Shown here piece by piece: positions 46,164-55,116 of a stretch of 64,000 nucleotides of DNA. Position numbers and translations under genes: made by a program. The stretch is taken from the NCBI GenBank assembly GCA_038203955.1, contig JBBRDK010000001.1, forward strand, positions 4,030-68,029, in the 5' to 3' direction. This DNA is from Thermoanaerobaculia bacterium. GTDB taxonomy: Bacteria > Acidobacteriota > Thermoanaerobaculia > UBA5066 > Gp7-AA6. Below the pieces are notes generated by a model. The model had not been told where the DNA came from, did not search any database, and saw only the letters and a program-made list of their open reading frames with translations. The number at the start of each line of letters is the position of its first letter. Positions within the stretch are counted from its first letter, which is position 1.

Positions 46164-48782
46164 TTGAGGTTCTTGAGGCGCTGGATCTTCCCGGGCGTTT
46201 TCGCCGCCTCCATCGCGGGCGGGCACGCCGCGGCGCAGACCCCGACTCCCGCCCCAGCCCCGGCGCCTGGCCGCCCGGCTGCCGCCGCCCCCGCGGCCCC
46301 GACCCGCGGGCCTGCCGCTTCTGCCCCCGCGCCCCTTCCCACACCCGCGGCCCCCGGGGCTCCTGCCGCCCCCCCGGCCCGGTCGGCTGCCCCTCCCGCC
46401 GCGGCGGCGACTCCCGTCGAGCCGAAGGACCGGATCGTCGGCATCCGGGTCGTCGGCTTCCAGACGGTCTCGCCGGACACGATCGCGCACTACCTCGGCG
46501 TGAAAGCGGGAGATCCCTACGACCCCGAAAAGATTCGCTCCAACTTCCAGGCGCTCTGGGACGTCGGCCTGCTCGAGAACGTTTCCGTCGAGGCCGAGCG
46601 GGGAGCGGAAGGCGTGACTCTGGTCGTCACGATCGAGGAACGCCCCACGATCAAGGAAGTCGAGTTCGTCGGGAACAAGAAGCTCTCGACCACCCAGATC
46701 AAGGACAAGCTGAAGGAGGGGAAGGCGGAGGTCAAGGCGGGCGTCCCCCTCTCCGTGAGAGACATCGCGAAGTCGCGCTCGATGATCGCCGACATCTACG
46801 CCGAGAACGGGTATCGAAGCGCGACGGTCGAATACCGGATCGACGACGTCTCGAAGACCGACAAGAAGGTCGTCTTCGTCATCGACGAGGGCGACAAGGT
46901 CAAGATCGCGGCCATCGTCTTCGAGGGCAACCATCTCTTCTCTCAGGTCCGCCTCCGGGCCACGATGAAGAAGACGAAGGTGAACACCTGGTTCCGGCTC
47001 CTGTCGGAGACGAGCACGACCTACAGCCAGGCGAACTACGAAGCGGACGTCGAAAGCCTCAAGGGCGCGTACCACGGGAAGGGATACAAGGACGTCGTCG
47101 TCAAGGACCCCATCCTGGGCGTGTTCGTGAAGAACCCCCAGGCGCCCGCCAAGAAGCAGAAGAAGAGGGTCCGCATCACGATCCCGATCGTCGAGGGCGA
47201 TCAGTTCTTCACCAACCAGATCCAGCTCGTGAAGGTCAACCAGGCGGGCCAGCCGGTGGAAGGCGACGAGGCCTTCGTCGTGCCGAAGGACCGTATGATG
47301 CGCGAGTTCACGGATCTGCCGCCGGGATCGGTGTTGAACCGCGACTACCTGATCGAGGCCCTCTCGCGCATCGAGTCCCAGTACAAGACGCGCGGCTACA
47401 TCTACTGGTTCGCGGACCCTGCCTATCGCGAGGCGGGCGGGCACAAGGTGGACGTCGACATCCGCCTCTACGAGGGGGAGAAGTTCTACCTCGGCCGGCT
47501 GGAAGTGCAGGGAAACACGACGACGCGCGACAAGGTCATCCGTCGGGAATTCGCGCTGGACGAGGGCGACATCATGAACATGGAGGCGGTCAAGAAGAGC
47601 CTCCAGAAGTTGCAGCAGCTCGGCTATTTCAAGGTGGGCGAGGAGCCGGATTTCAAGGTCCGCCCGGATGAAAAGAAGGTCGACCTCACCTTGAAGGGCA
47701 CCGAGACCTCCAAGAACGAAGTGCAGTTCGGGGCGGGGTACTCCGCGCTCGACGGCTTCTTCGGGCAGTTCTCGTTCCAGACGCGCAACTTCCTGGGGCG
47801 GGGTGAAGTTCTCGGCGCCTCGGCCCAGCTCGGCCGGATCTCCAACTACTACGACCTGTCCTACACGGTCCCCTGGTTCATGGACAAGAACCAGACCGTC
47901 GGAACGTCGCTCTTCAAGCGGAACGTGACGTATCTGAACATCGACGAGCGGCGCACCGGCGGGACGGCCTTCTACGGCAAAGGACTCGGCCTGTTCGACA
48001 GCTGGTCGGTCCTCTATCAATACGAGGACGTCAAGTCGAACTTTCCCGTGCGAGGCGCGGCGGTTCCGCCCGGCCAGCCCGTTCCTCCGGACAAGTTCAC
48101 GCAGGTGGTCGGGAAGACTTCTTCCTTCACCCCGGGTTACCGATTCGACAGCCGCAACGATCCGTTCGACCCGAACGCCGGGCACCGGTTCTACCTGACC
48201 ACCCAGGTGGCGGGCAGCTACCTCGGGGGCAGCGTCGACTTCTTGAAACCCCTGATCGGCGGATCGATCTACATCCCCGTCAGGATTCCCCGGCACTCCT
48301 ACATCGCGTTGAACGGCGAGGCGGGATACGTGCGGCCCTATGGCGGCCAGGGCGTCCCGATCTACGAGCGGTTCCAGCTGGGCGGCGAGCAGAGCTTGCG
48401 AGGATTCCGGGCGGGCTCTGTCCTGCCCCTGGACAAGAACCAGCAGGTCTTCACGGACGAGGACGGCCGCATTCTCGGCGGCAACAAGTACTTCGTGCTG
48501 AATGGGGAGTACGTGTTCGCCAGCATCGGCCCGGCCAAGCTGCTCGCTTTCGGCGACGTGGGCAACTCGTTCCACGAGAGCCAGAACATCGGCCTGACGG
48601 GCATCCGGACGTCGGTCGGCGTCGAGCTTCGAATCTTCCTGCCGATCTTCCAGGCGCCGCTGCGGTTCATCTACTCGTTCAACCTGAGCCCGAAGAGTCC
48701 CATCGACCAGTTCGGCTTCCCGATCGAGAGTCTGAAGGACAAGAGGCGCGGATTCGACTTCTCGATCGGGCGGACGTTTTAG
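46164..48782 (+). CDS. bamA: Outer membrane protein assembly factor BamA
   Basis: The start is tentatively TTG 46164 (LRFLRRWIFPGVFAASIAGGHAAAQ signal peptide); the ORF opens at 46053. It has a Pro/Ala linker, POTRA repeats and a C-terminal barrel ending FDFSIGRTF. Confidence 0.85.
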   Translation: MRFLRRWIFPGVFAASIAGGHAAAQTPTPAPAPAPGRPAAAAPAAPTRGPAASAPAPLPTPAAPGAPAAPPARSAAPPAAAATPVEPKDRIVGIRVVGFQTVSPDTIAHYLGVKAGDPYDPEKIRSNFQALWDVGLLENVSVEAERGAEGVTLVVTIEERPTIKEVEFVGNKKLSTTQIKDKLKEGKAEVKAGVPLSVRDIAKSRSMIADIYAENGYRSATVEYRIDDVSKTDKKVVFVIDEGDKVKIAAIVFEGNHLFSQVRLRATMKKTKVNTWFRLLSETSTTYSQANYEADVESLKGAYHGKGYKDVVVKDPILGVFVKNPQAPAKKQKKRVRITIPIVEGDQFFTNQIQLVKVNQAGQPVEGDEAFVVPKDRMMREFTDLPPGSVLNRDYLIEALSRIESQYKTRGYIYWFADPAYREAGGHKVDVDIRLYEGEKFYLGRLEVQGNTTTRDKVIRREFALDEGDIMNMEAVKKSLQKLQQLGYFKVGEEPDFKVRPDEKKVDLTLKGTETSKNEVQFGAGYSALDGFFGQFSFQTRNFLGRGEVLGASAQLGRISNYYDLSYTVPWFMDKNQTVGTSLFKRNVTYLNIDERRTGGTAFYGKGLGLFDSWSVLYQYEDVKSNFPVRGAAVPPGQPVPPDKFTQVVGKTSSFTPGYRFDSRNDPFDPNAGHRFYLTTQVAGSYLGGSVDFLKPLIGGSIYIPVRIPRHSYIALNGEAGYVRPYGGQGVPIYERFQLGGEQSLRGFRAGSVLPLDKNQQVFTDEDGRILGGNKYFVLNGEYVFASIGPAKLLAFGDVGNSFHESQNIGLTGIRTSVGVELRIFLPIFQAPLRFIYSFNLSPKSPIDQFGFPIESLKDKRRGFDFSIGRTF

Positions 48783-48914
48783 CGGTCCCTCGACGGGACC
48801 GTAAGGGAGCAGGCGGCCGCGCGGGTAACAGCCCATGGCGTAGATAGGGGAGTCGCGCTGAAGGCGCGGGTTCCGGGTGCGCTCGACCCCCGGAATGGAG
48901 CCGTTTTCCGGCTG

Positions 48915-48942
48915 TTGTAGCCCCCGGGGAGTCTGCTACTAT
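48915..48942 (+). promoter_or_regulatory. Sigma70-like promoter TTGTAG-N16-TACTAT upstream of skp
   Basis: -35 at 48915-48920 and -10 at 48937-48942. A ~35-nt leader with SD AAGGAG precedes the ATG at 48985. Confidence 0.3.
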
Positions 48943-48984
48943 TTCGCGTTCTCGCCGCCCACGATTACGTTTAAGGAGCTTGGA

Positions 48985-49674
48985 ATGAAACGCATTGCCC
49001 TTTCCATCCTGACGGCGGGCGTCACGGCTGTCGCCGCCGCTCAGACGGGCGCCACGGCCCCGGCCGCGGGCGCCGTCTCCGGGAGCGGCTTCTCCGGGCC
49101 CGTGGCCATCATCAACTCCCAGCGCCTGGCGCTGGAGTCGGCCCCGGGCAAGGAAGCCTACGGCCGCCTGAAGAAGCTGTCGGACCAGAAGAAGGAAGAG
49201 CTCGACAAGGTCGAAAAGGATGCCCGGGACCTCGTCCAGAAGTTGAACGACCAGGGTCAGTCCATGCCCGCCGACAAGCGCGAGGCACTCGAGAAGCAGG
49301 CCGACGATCGGCAGAAGGCCTGGAAGCGGATGCAGGAGGACGCCCAGAAGGACCTGCAGGAAGCCGAGAAAAAGGAGATGGGCTCGCTCGAGGGCCGCAT
49401 CGGTCCGATCGTGAAGGACTTCTTCAAGGAGAAGCGCTACGCCGTCGTCCTCGACTCCCGCGCCGGCATCATCTACGCGGACGAAGCGACCGACGTCACC
49501 GACGAGGTTTTAAAGCGGATCAATACGACCGTCGCTCTTCCGAAGCCGGCGGGCGCGACGGGCGCCGCGGCCCCGAAGGCTCCGGCGGGCTCGACCGGTC
49601 CCGCAGCGTCGAAGCCTCCGGCCGGCACCGCCGCCGCGCGGCCGACGCCCGCCCCCGCCGCGAAAAAGCAGTAA
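48985..49674 (+). CDS. skp: OmpH/Skp family periplasmic chaperone with a Pro/Ala-rich C-terminal tail
   Basis: The ATG at 48985 follows AAGGAG. It has the signal peptide MKRIALSILTAGVTAVAAAQ and a coiled-coil KK/EE-rich core. Confidence 0.8.
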   Translation: MKRIALSILTAGVTAVAAAQTGATAPAAGAVSGSGFSGPVAIINSQRLALESAPGKEAYGRLKKLSDQKKEELDKVEKDARDLVQKLNDQGQSMPADKREALEKQADDRQKAWKRMQEDAQKDLQEAEKKEMGSLEGRIGPIVKDFFKEKRYAVVLDSRAGIIYADEATDVTDEVLKRINTTVALPKPAGATGAAAPKAPAGSTGPAASKPPAGTAAARPTPAPAAKKQ

Positions 49675-49695
49675 CCGGGGTTTACACTGCCCCTG

Positions 49696-50793
49696 GTGAA
49701 GCGCGCATCCGGGGGGCGATCGGCAGGAAAGAGCCGCGGGGCCGCGAAGTCCCGCGGCCTTTTTTTTACCCTGGCCGAGGTGGCGGAAGCCGTCGGCGGG
49801 CGCGTCGTGGGAGACCCGCGACTCAGGCTGACGGGGATCGAGGCCCTGGATCGCGCGGAGGCCGGGGACCTCTCCTGGCTCGCCGATCCCCGCCGCGTCC
49901 GGGAAGCGGCCGAGAGCCGCGCGGGAGCGCTCCTGGTGGCGCTCGAGGAGCAGGCAAGCGGCCGGCCGGCGGTCGTCGTGAGAAACCCGACGGCCGCCTT
50001 CGCCGCCTGGCTCGAGCGGCTGCGCCCGCAGACGCGCCCGCGCGCGGGCGTCTCGCGCGAGGCCCGCGTCGACGCCACGGCGAAGATCGGGAAGGGCGCG
50101 TCCGTCGCGGCCGGCGCCACCGTGCAGAAGGGCGCCAGGGTGGGCGCCCGCGCCGTGCTCTCTCCCGGGAGCTTCGTCGGCGAGGCAGCGGAGATCGGCG
50201 AGGACTCGTGGCTCTACCCGAACGCCGCCGTTCTCGCGGGATGCCGCGTCGGGGCGCGGTGCGTGCTCCACACCGGCGCGGTGGTGGGTTCCGACGGTTT
50301 TGGTTACGTCTGGGACGGTGAGAAGCACCGCAAGATTCCCCAGGTCGGGATCGTACGGGTGGAAGACGACGTCGAGATCGGCGCGAACTCCGCGATCGAC
50401 CGCGCGACGCTGGGAGAGACGGTCATCGGCCGCGGCACCAAGATCGACAACCTCGTGCAGGTCGGCCACAACGTCGAAGTCGGCGAGCACTCCATTCTCT
50501 GCGGGCAGGTCGGAATCGCGGGGTCCGCCCGGCTCGGGGCGCACGTCACTCTCGCGGGACAGGCCGGGATCGGCGACCACGCGAGGCTGGGCGATGGAGC
50601 GATCGCCACCGGCCAGGCCGGCATCCCGTCCCGGGCCGTCGTGCCGGCGGGGGCCGTCCTTTCGGGCTATCCTCCCGCTCCGCACCGCGAGTTCTTGAAG
50701 CGCGCGGCGCTGATCGCGCGGCTGCCTGAGCTCGTCGAGCGGCTCGAGAGGCTCGAGAAGTCGGCCGGGTTCGGCCGCGGAAAGGGAGAGTAG
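49696..50793 (+). CDS. lpxD: UDP-3-O-acylglucosamine N-acyltransferase
   Basis: 365 aa with [17 protein letters not shown], left-handed beta-helix hexapeptide repeats and GSDGFGY. Confidence 0.9.
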   Translation: MKRASGGRSAGKSRGAAKSRGLFFTLAEVAEAVGGRVVGDPRLRLTGIEALDRAEAGDLSWLADPRRVREAAESRAGALLVALEEQASGRPAVVVRNPTAAFAAWLERLRPQTRPRAGVSREARVDATAKIGKGASVAAGATVQKGARVGARAVLSPGSFVGEAAEIGEDSWLYPNAAVLAGCRVGARCVLHTGAVVGSDGFGYVWDGEKHRKIPQVGIVRVEDDVEIGANSAIDRATLGETVIGRGTKIDNLVQVGHNVEVGEHSILCGQVGIAGSARLGAHVTLAGQAGIGDHARLGDGAIATGQAGIPSRAVVPAGAVLSGYPPAPHREFLKRAALIARLPELVERLERLEKSAGFGRGKGE

Positions 50794-50794
50794 C

Positions 50795-51232
50795 GTGGAG
50801 CTCGGAATCCTCGAGATCATGAAGATCCTCCCGCACCGTTATCCCTTCCTGCTCGTCGACCGCATCCTGGAGCTCGAGGCCGGAAAGCGCGTCGTCGGGA
50901 TCAAGAACGTGACGTTCAACGAGGAGTTCTTCCTCGGCCATTTTCCCGGCAACCCGGTGATGCCCGGCGTGCTGATCGTCGAGGCGATGGCGCAGGTCGC
51001 CGGGGTGGGACTTCTCGGCGTCCTTCCGGAAGAGGAGCGCAAGCTGCTGTACCTGACCGGAGTCGACCGGTGCAAGTTCCGCCGCCCGGTCGTGCCCGGC
51101 GACCAGCTCCGTATCGAGGCGGAGATCCTGGCCGTCAAGTCGCGGCTCTGCAAATGCCGCGCGCGCGCCACCGTCGAAGGGGCGCTCTGCGCCGAGGCGG
51201 AATTGACGTCGGCTCTGGTGGCGCGGTCGTGA
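50795..51232 (+). CDS. fabZ: 3-hydroxyacyl-ACP dehydratase FabZ
   Basis: 145 aa with [13 protein letters not shown] and [23 protein letters not shown]. Confidence 0.95.
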   Translation: MELGILEIMKILPHRYPFLLVDRILELEAGKRVVGIKNVTFNEEFFLGHFPGNPVMPGVLIVEAMAQVAGVGLLGVLPEEERKLLYLTGVDRCKFRRPVVPGDQLRIEAEILAVKSRLCKCRARATVEGALCAEAELTSALVARS

Positions 51233-52008
51233 GCGCCGAGGTCCATGCGACGGCGATCGTCTCGCCGAGCGCGACCCTCGGGGAGGGCGTCGAGGTCGGT
51301 CCGTACGCCGTCGTCGGCGACCACGTGCGCCTCGGAAACGGCACGCACGTCGGCGCTCACGCCAACATCTCGGGGCCGGCGGAGTTCGGCGAAGGGAATC
51401 GGATCTTTCCGCACGCGGTCCTCGGGCTCGAGCCGCAGGACCTGAAGTACCAGGGAGAGCCGACTCGCCTCGTCGTCGGCGCGCGCAACGTCTTTCGAGA
51501 GTTCATGACGGCGCACCGCGGCACGGTGACCGGGCGCGGAGAGACCGTGATCGGCGACGACGGCTACTTCATGTCGTACAGCCACATCGCGCACGACTGC
51601 CGCATCGGGTCCCGCGTCGTGTTCGCCAATTGCGCCGCCCTCGCCGGCCACGTGGACGTGGGCGACCACGCGACTCTCGGGGCGTTCGCGGCGGCGCACC
51701 AGTTCATCCGGATCGGCAACCACGCGTTCGTCGGCGCCTATGCGCAGCTGCGTCAGGACGTGCTCCCGTTCTGCAAGACGGACGGCATCGACGCGACGAC
51801 CTACGGCATCAACGCCATCGGGCTGAAGAGGAGCGGGTTCGAGGACGATCGCATCGAGGCGCTTCAGAAGGCCTACCGGCTCCTGATCAAATCGAAGCTC
51901 AACACGACGCAGGCTCTGGAGCGCATCGCGACGGAGCTTTCGGGGCACCCGGACGTCGACGACCTGGTGCTGTTCATCCGGGGGAGCAAGCGGGGCTTCC
52001 ACAAGTGA
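51229..52008 (+). CDS. lpxA: Acyl-ACP--UDP-N-acetylglucosamine O-acyltransferase
   Basis: The GTG at 51229 overlaps the fabZ stop. It has IHATAIVSP-like hexapeptide repeats, HIAHDC and a C-terminal helical domain. Confidence 0.9.
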   Translation: MSAEVHATAIVSPSATLGEGVEVGPYAVVGDHVRLGNGTHVGAHANISGPAEFGEGNRIFPHAVLGLEPQDLKYQGEPTRLVVGARNVFREFMTAHRGTVTGRGETVIGDDGYFMSYSHIAHDCRIGSRVVFANCAALAGHVDVGDHATLGAFAAAHQFIRIGNHAFVGAYAQLRQDVLPFCKTDGIDATTYGINAIGLKRSGFEDDRIEALQKAYRLLIKSKLNTTQALERIATELSGHPDVDDLVLFIRGSKRGFHK

Positions 52009-53000
52009 CGCCGGGGGCGGGCGCGACGGAGGGAGGCCCCTCCGCGCGAGAGGTGCGGGTGGCGGTCGTCGGCGTCGGCCATCTCGGACGCCACCACGCC
52101 CGCATCGCGGCGTCTCTCCGGGGCGTCCGGTGCGTTGGCGTCGTCGACCGGCACCCCGGGCGCGCGCGCGAGGTGGGGGCGGAGTTCGGGGTCCCGGTCC
52201 TCGCGTCCCTCGAGGAAGCCGCCGGCGCCGCCGAGGCCGTCATCATCGCTACGCCGACGGTCAGCCATGCCGAGATCGCCCGAACGCTGCTGGCGCGGGG
52301 CTGCGACGTTCTCGTCGAGAAGCCGATCACGACGACGGTGGGGGAGGCCGACGCGTTGCTCGCGGAGGCGCGCGCTCGAGGCCGGGTCGTTCAGGTCGGC
52401 CATGTCGAGCGGTACAACCCGGCCGTCCAGGCCGCGCTCGCGCTGGCGGCGGATGTCCGCTTCGTCGAGATGCACCGCCTCGGCATTTTCACGCGCCGCA
52501 GCCTCGACGTCGACGTGGTGCTGGATCTCATGATCCACGACCTGCAGATCGTGCAGGCTCTCGTGGGCAGGCCGGTCGAAGAGGTTCGTGCGGTCGGAAT
52601 GCCGGTGCTCACCTCCACCATCGACATCGCCAACGCCCGCATCGCCTTCGAAGGCGGCTGCGTCGCGGTCCTGACGGCGTCGCGGGTGTCCTCGGACAAG
52701 GTGCGCCGGTGCGAGATCTTCGCGCCCGCCCTCTCCCTGTCCGTCGACATGCAGGCGCAGTCGGTGCGCGCCTATCGATTGTCGCGGGAGACCGGCGAGC
52801 CGGAGATCGTCGGAAGCTCCGTCGCCGTCGAGAGGGAAGAGCCGCTGGCGCGTGAGATCTCGGACTTCGTCCGCGCCGTCCGGGAACGGGCGGCGCCCCT
52901 CGTCTCGGGCGAGGTCGGCCGCGAGGCGCTCGTGCTGGCGTCCCGGGTCCAGGAGGCCATCGAGCGCCAGCGCGCGGTCGCGGAAGGAGTGCGCGTGTGA
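52005..53000 (+). CDS. Gfo/Idh/MocA family NAD-dependent oxidoreductase (GnnA-like position)
   Basis: The GTG at 52005 overlaps the lpxA stop. It has the Rossmann motif VAVVGVGHLGRHHA and the EKP motif (VLVEKPI). Confidence 0.8.
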   Translation: MTPGAGATEGGPSAREVRVAVVGVGHLGRHHARIAASLRGVRCVGVVDRHPGRAREVGAEFGVPVLASLEEAAGAAEAVIIATPTVSHAEIARTLLARGCDVLVEKPITTTVGEADALLAEARARGRVVQVGHVERYNPAVQAALALAADVRFVEMHRLGIFTRRSLDVDVVLDLMIHDLQIVQALVGRPVEEVRAVGMPVLTSTIDIANARIAFEGGCVAVLTASRVSSDKVRRCEIFAPALSLSVDMQAQSVRAYRLSRETGEPEIVGSSVAVEREEPLAREISDFVRAVRERAAPLVSGEVGREALVLASRVQEAIERQRAVAEGVRV

Positions 53001-53863
53001 AGAGAAAACCGGCCCGGGTCGGCCTGATCGGCGGAAGCGGCGTCTACGACCTGTCTGGAATCGAAGACCTCAGTGAGGAGAAGGTCGAAACGCCGTTCGG
53101 CCAGCCGTCAGACTCCTACTTCACGGGCACGCTCGGGGGAGTCGCGGTCGCGTTCTTCTCGCGGCACGCCCGCGGCCACAAGTTCTCGCCGACCGAGATC
53201 AACTACCGGGCGAACATCTGCGGCTTCAAGATGCTCGGCTGCGATGCCCTCTTTTCGGCGTCCGCGGTCGGCAGCCTGCGGGAGGAGATTCTACCGCGGC
53301 ACGCCATGGTGCCCGATCAGTTCATCGACCGCACCCGGCACCGCGCCGACACGTTCTTCGACCGGGGCATCGTGGCGCACGCCGGCTTCGCCGACCCGGT
53401 CTGCCCCTCCCTCGCGGACGCCCTCGAAGCGAGCGCGAAGGAGTCCGGCATCGCCGTGCGCCGGGGAGGCACCTACGTGTGCATCGAGGGGCCGCAGTTC
53501 TCGACTCGCGCGGAGTCGCGGCTCTACCGCTCGTGGGGCGCCGACGTGATCGGGATGACGAACCTGACCGAGGCGCGGCTGGCGCGGGAGGCGGAGCTCT
53601 GCTACGCGACTTTGGCGCTCGTCACGGACTACGACTGCTGGCGCGATGCCGAGGAGCCCGTCACCGTGGAAGCGATCCTCGCGGTGCTGTCCGAGAACGC
53701 GACCGGAGCGAGGCGCGCGATGCGGGCCGCCGTGGCCAAAGTCTCGGCGGACCGCAACTGCGGCTGCCGGGACGCGATGCGGTATGGAGTCCTGACCGAC
53801 CGCAAGGCGCTCTCCGAGGAGACGCGCCGGCGGCTGGCGCCGATCGCGGGGCGGTACCTCTGA
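52997..53863 (+). CDS. mtnP: S-methyl-5'-thioadenosine phosphorylase
   Basis: The GTG at 52997 overlaps the upstream stop. It has VGLIGGSGVYDL, TPFGQPSD, SRHARGHKFSPTEINYRANI and GMTNLTEARLAREAE. Confidence 0.85.
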   Translation: MKRKPARVGLIGGSGVYDLSGIEDLSEEKVETPFGQPSDSYFTGTLGGVAVAFFSRHARGHKFSPTEINYRANICGFKMLGCDALFSASAVGSLREEILPRHAMVPDQFIDRTRHRADTFFDRGIVAHAGFADPVCPSLADALEASAKESGIAVRRGGTYVCIEGPQFSTRAESRLYRSWGADVIGMTNLTEARLAREAELCYATLALVTDYDCWRDAEEPVTVEAILAVLSENATGARRAMRAAVAKVSADRNCGCRDAMRYGVLTDRKALSEETRRRLAPIAGRYL

Positions 53864-53919
53864 GCGCCTCCGAGCCCGCATCCGGGGCCGCGGATCTGCG
53901 CCTGCGGCCCGGCCGCGTC

Positions 53920-54885
53920 GTGGTCACCGGATCGGTCGCGTTCGACTACCTCATGACGTTCCCAGGCCACTTCGTGGAGCACCTGATCCCCGACCAGCTC
54001 TCCCGGCTGTCGGTCTCCTTCCTGGTGGACGAGATGCGCCGGGTCGAGGGCGGATGCGCGGCCAACATCGCGTACGGGCTCGCGCTCCTCGGCGAGCGCC
54101 CTCTGCTTTTCGCGACCGCCGGACCCGACGCCGAGGCCTACCGCGACCGCCTCGGAAAGGAGGGCGTGGACGTCTCCGGGCTGAAGCTGTGCCCGGACGT
54201 GTTCACGGCGTCCTTCTTCGTGTCGACGGACCTCGACCAGAATCAGATCGCTTCTTTCTACACGGGCGCGATGGCACGGGCCCGGGACCTGTCGATCGCG
54301 GCGCTCGACGCGTCCGACTGCGCGGTTGTGCTGATCTCCCCGAACGATCCGGAGGGGATGGCGCGGTACGCGCGGGAGTGCCGGTCGGGCGGGATTCCCT
54401 TCATCTACGACCCGAGCCAGCAGGTGGCCCGCTTGACCGGGGAGGATCTCGCCCGGGGGCTCGAAGGGGCGGCCATCCTGATCGCCAACGACTACGAAAT
54501 GGGGATCCTCACGCAGAAGACCGGTTGGACGGCGCCCGAGATCGAGGCCCGGGTCCCGGTCGTGATCGAGACTCACGGGGCGGAGGGCTCGACGATCGTT
54601 CTCTCGGGCCGGGAGCGCCATCGCATTCCGGCCGCCCGTCTCGAAGGGGACGCCCTCGACCCGACCGGGGTGGGCGACGCGTTCCGCGGCGGCCTCGTGC
54701 GGGGAATACGCGCGGGCTTGTCCTGGGAGATCGCCGGCCGGATGGGAAGCATCGCAGCGGTCTTCGGCCTGGAAGCGCAGGGCCCCCAGCCGCCGCGCTA
54801 CCCGATCGCGCGCTTCATAAAGCGCTACGAATCCAACTTCGGCAAAGAACCGGAACTGGAGACTCTGCGGAGAAATCAGCCTTAG
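53920..54885 (+). CDS. PfkB-family carbohydrate/nucleoside kinase (adenosine kinase-like)
   Basis: The start is uncertain; GTG 53920 was chosen. It has VVVTGSVAFDYL, GGCAANIAYGLALLG and the C-terminal DPTGVGDAFRGG anion-hole motif. Confidence 0.75.
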   Translation: MVTGSVAFDYLMTFPGHFVEHLIPDQLSRLSVSFLVDEMRRVEGGCAANIAYGLALLGERPLLFATAGPDAEAYRDRLGKEGVDVSGLKLCPDVFTASFFVSTDLDQNQIASFYTGAMARARDLSIAALDASDCAVVLISPNDPEGMARYARECRSGGIPFIYDPSQQVARLTGEDLARGLEGAAILIANDYEMGILTQKTGWTAPEIEARVPVVIETHGAEGSTIVLSGRERHRIPAARLEGDALDPTGVGDAFRGGLVRGIRAGLSWEIAGRMGSIAAVFGLEAQGPQPPRYPIARFIKRYESNFGKEPELETLRRNQP

Positions 54886-54915
54886 GTCCCGACCGAGATC
54901 TGTAGTCTTCCTTTC

Positions 54916-55038
54916 GATTCCCGATTCCCGATTCCCGATTCCCGATTCCCGATTCCCGATTCCCGATTCCCGATCTAGTTGACCGCGGAGTACCGCGGCC
55001 GTCTCGCTCCCGTTGGTCGCTCGGCTCCCGTTTCCCGG
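54916..55038. repeat. Composite element: (GATTCCC)x8, a 59-bp unique core, then GTTTCCCGG
   Basis: The eight perfect units are at 54916-54971. The core at 54972-55030 is identical to 59425-59483. Confidence 0.95.
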
Positions 55039-55116
55039 CCGTGCCCCGGCAGGTGCTAACATCCTCCCTCTTCAAAGAGGATCCGATCCTTGAACAGCCG
55101 TCGTGTCGTCCGCGGT

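Noticed and set aside
48783-48801. The hairpin CGGTCCC-TCGAC-GGGACCG immediately after the bamA stop, considered as an intrinsic terminator.
   Set aside because: It is a 7-bp stem without a following U-tract (it is followed by TAAGGGAGC). It may still pause or terminate transcription, but the sequence alone does not support a confident call.
45945-48836. A 963-aa ORF on the minus strand, opposite bamA. Similar long antisense or off-frame ORFs occur elsewhere, e.g. 6556..8199(-), 19715..21568(-), 40957..42513(-), 29378..31582(-) and 56575..59500(+).
   Set aside because: Their translations are extremely Arg/Pro/Gly/Asp-rich with no domain motifs. Each lies antisense or out of frame to a gene with clear family signatures. 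Long open frames on the wrong strand are expected at this GC content because stop codons are AT-rich.
54815-55075. ORFs translating the heptamer arrays into peptide repeats (GIGNRESGIGNRESG at 54815..55075(-), and similar ones at 59208..59588(-) and 41330-41449(+)).
   Set aside because: The periodic peptide is a by-product of translating a 7-nt repeat (21 nt gives 7 aa). The ORFs have no plausible start context and run into neighbouring genes on the opposite strand.
54886-55116. An FMN riboswitch upstream of ribH (also checked upstream of ribF at 11691-11793).
   Set aside because: Both regions are occupied by heptamer arrays and the 59-bp core. I could not find the conserved FMN-element core segments. 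An Infernal search would be needed for certainty.
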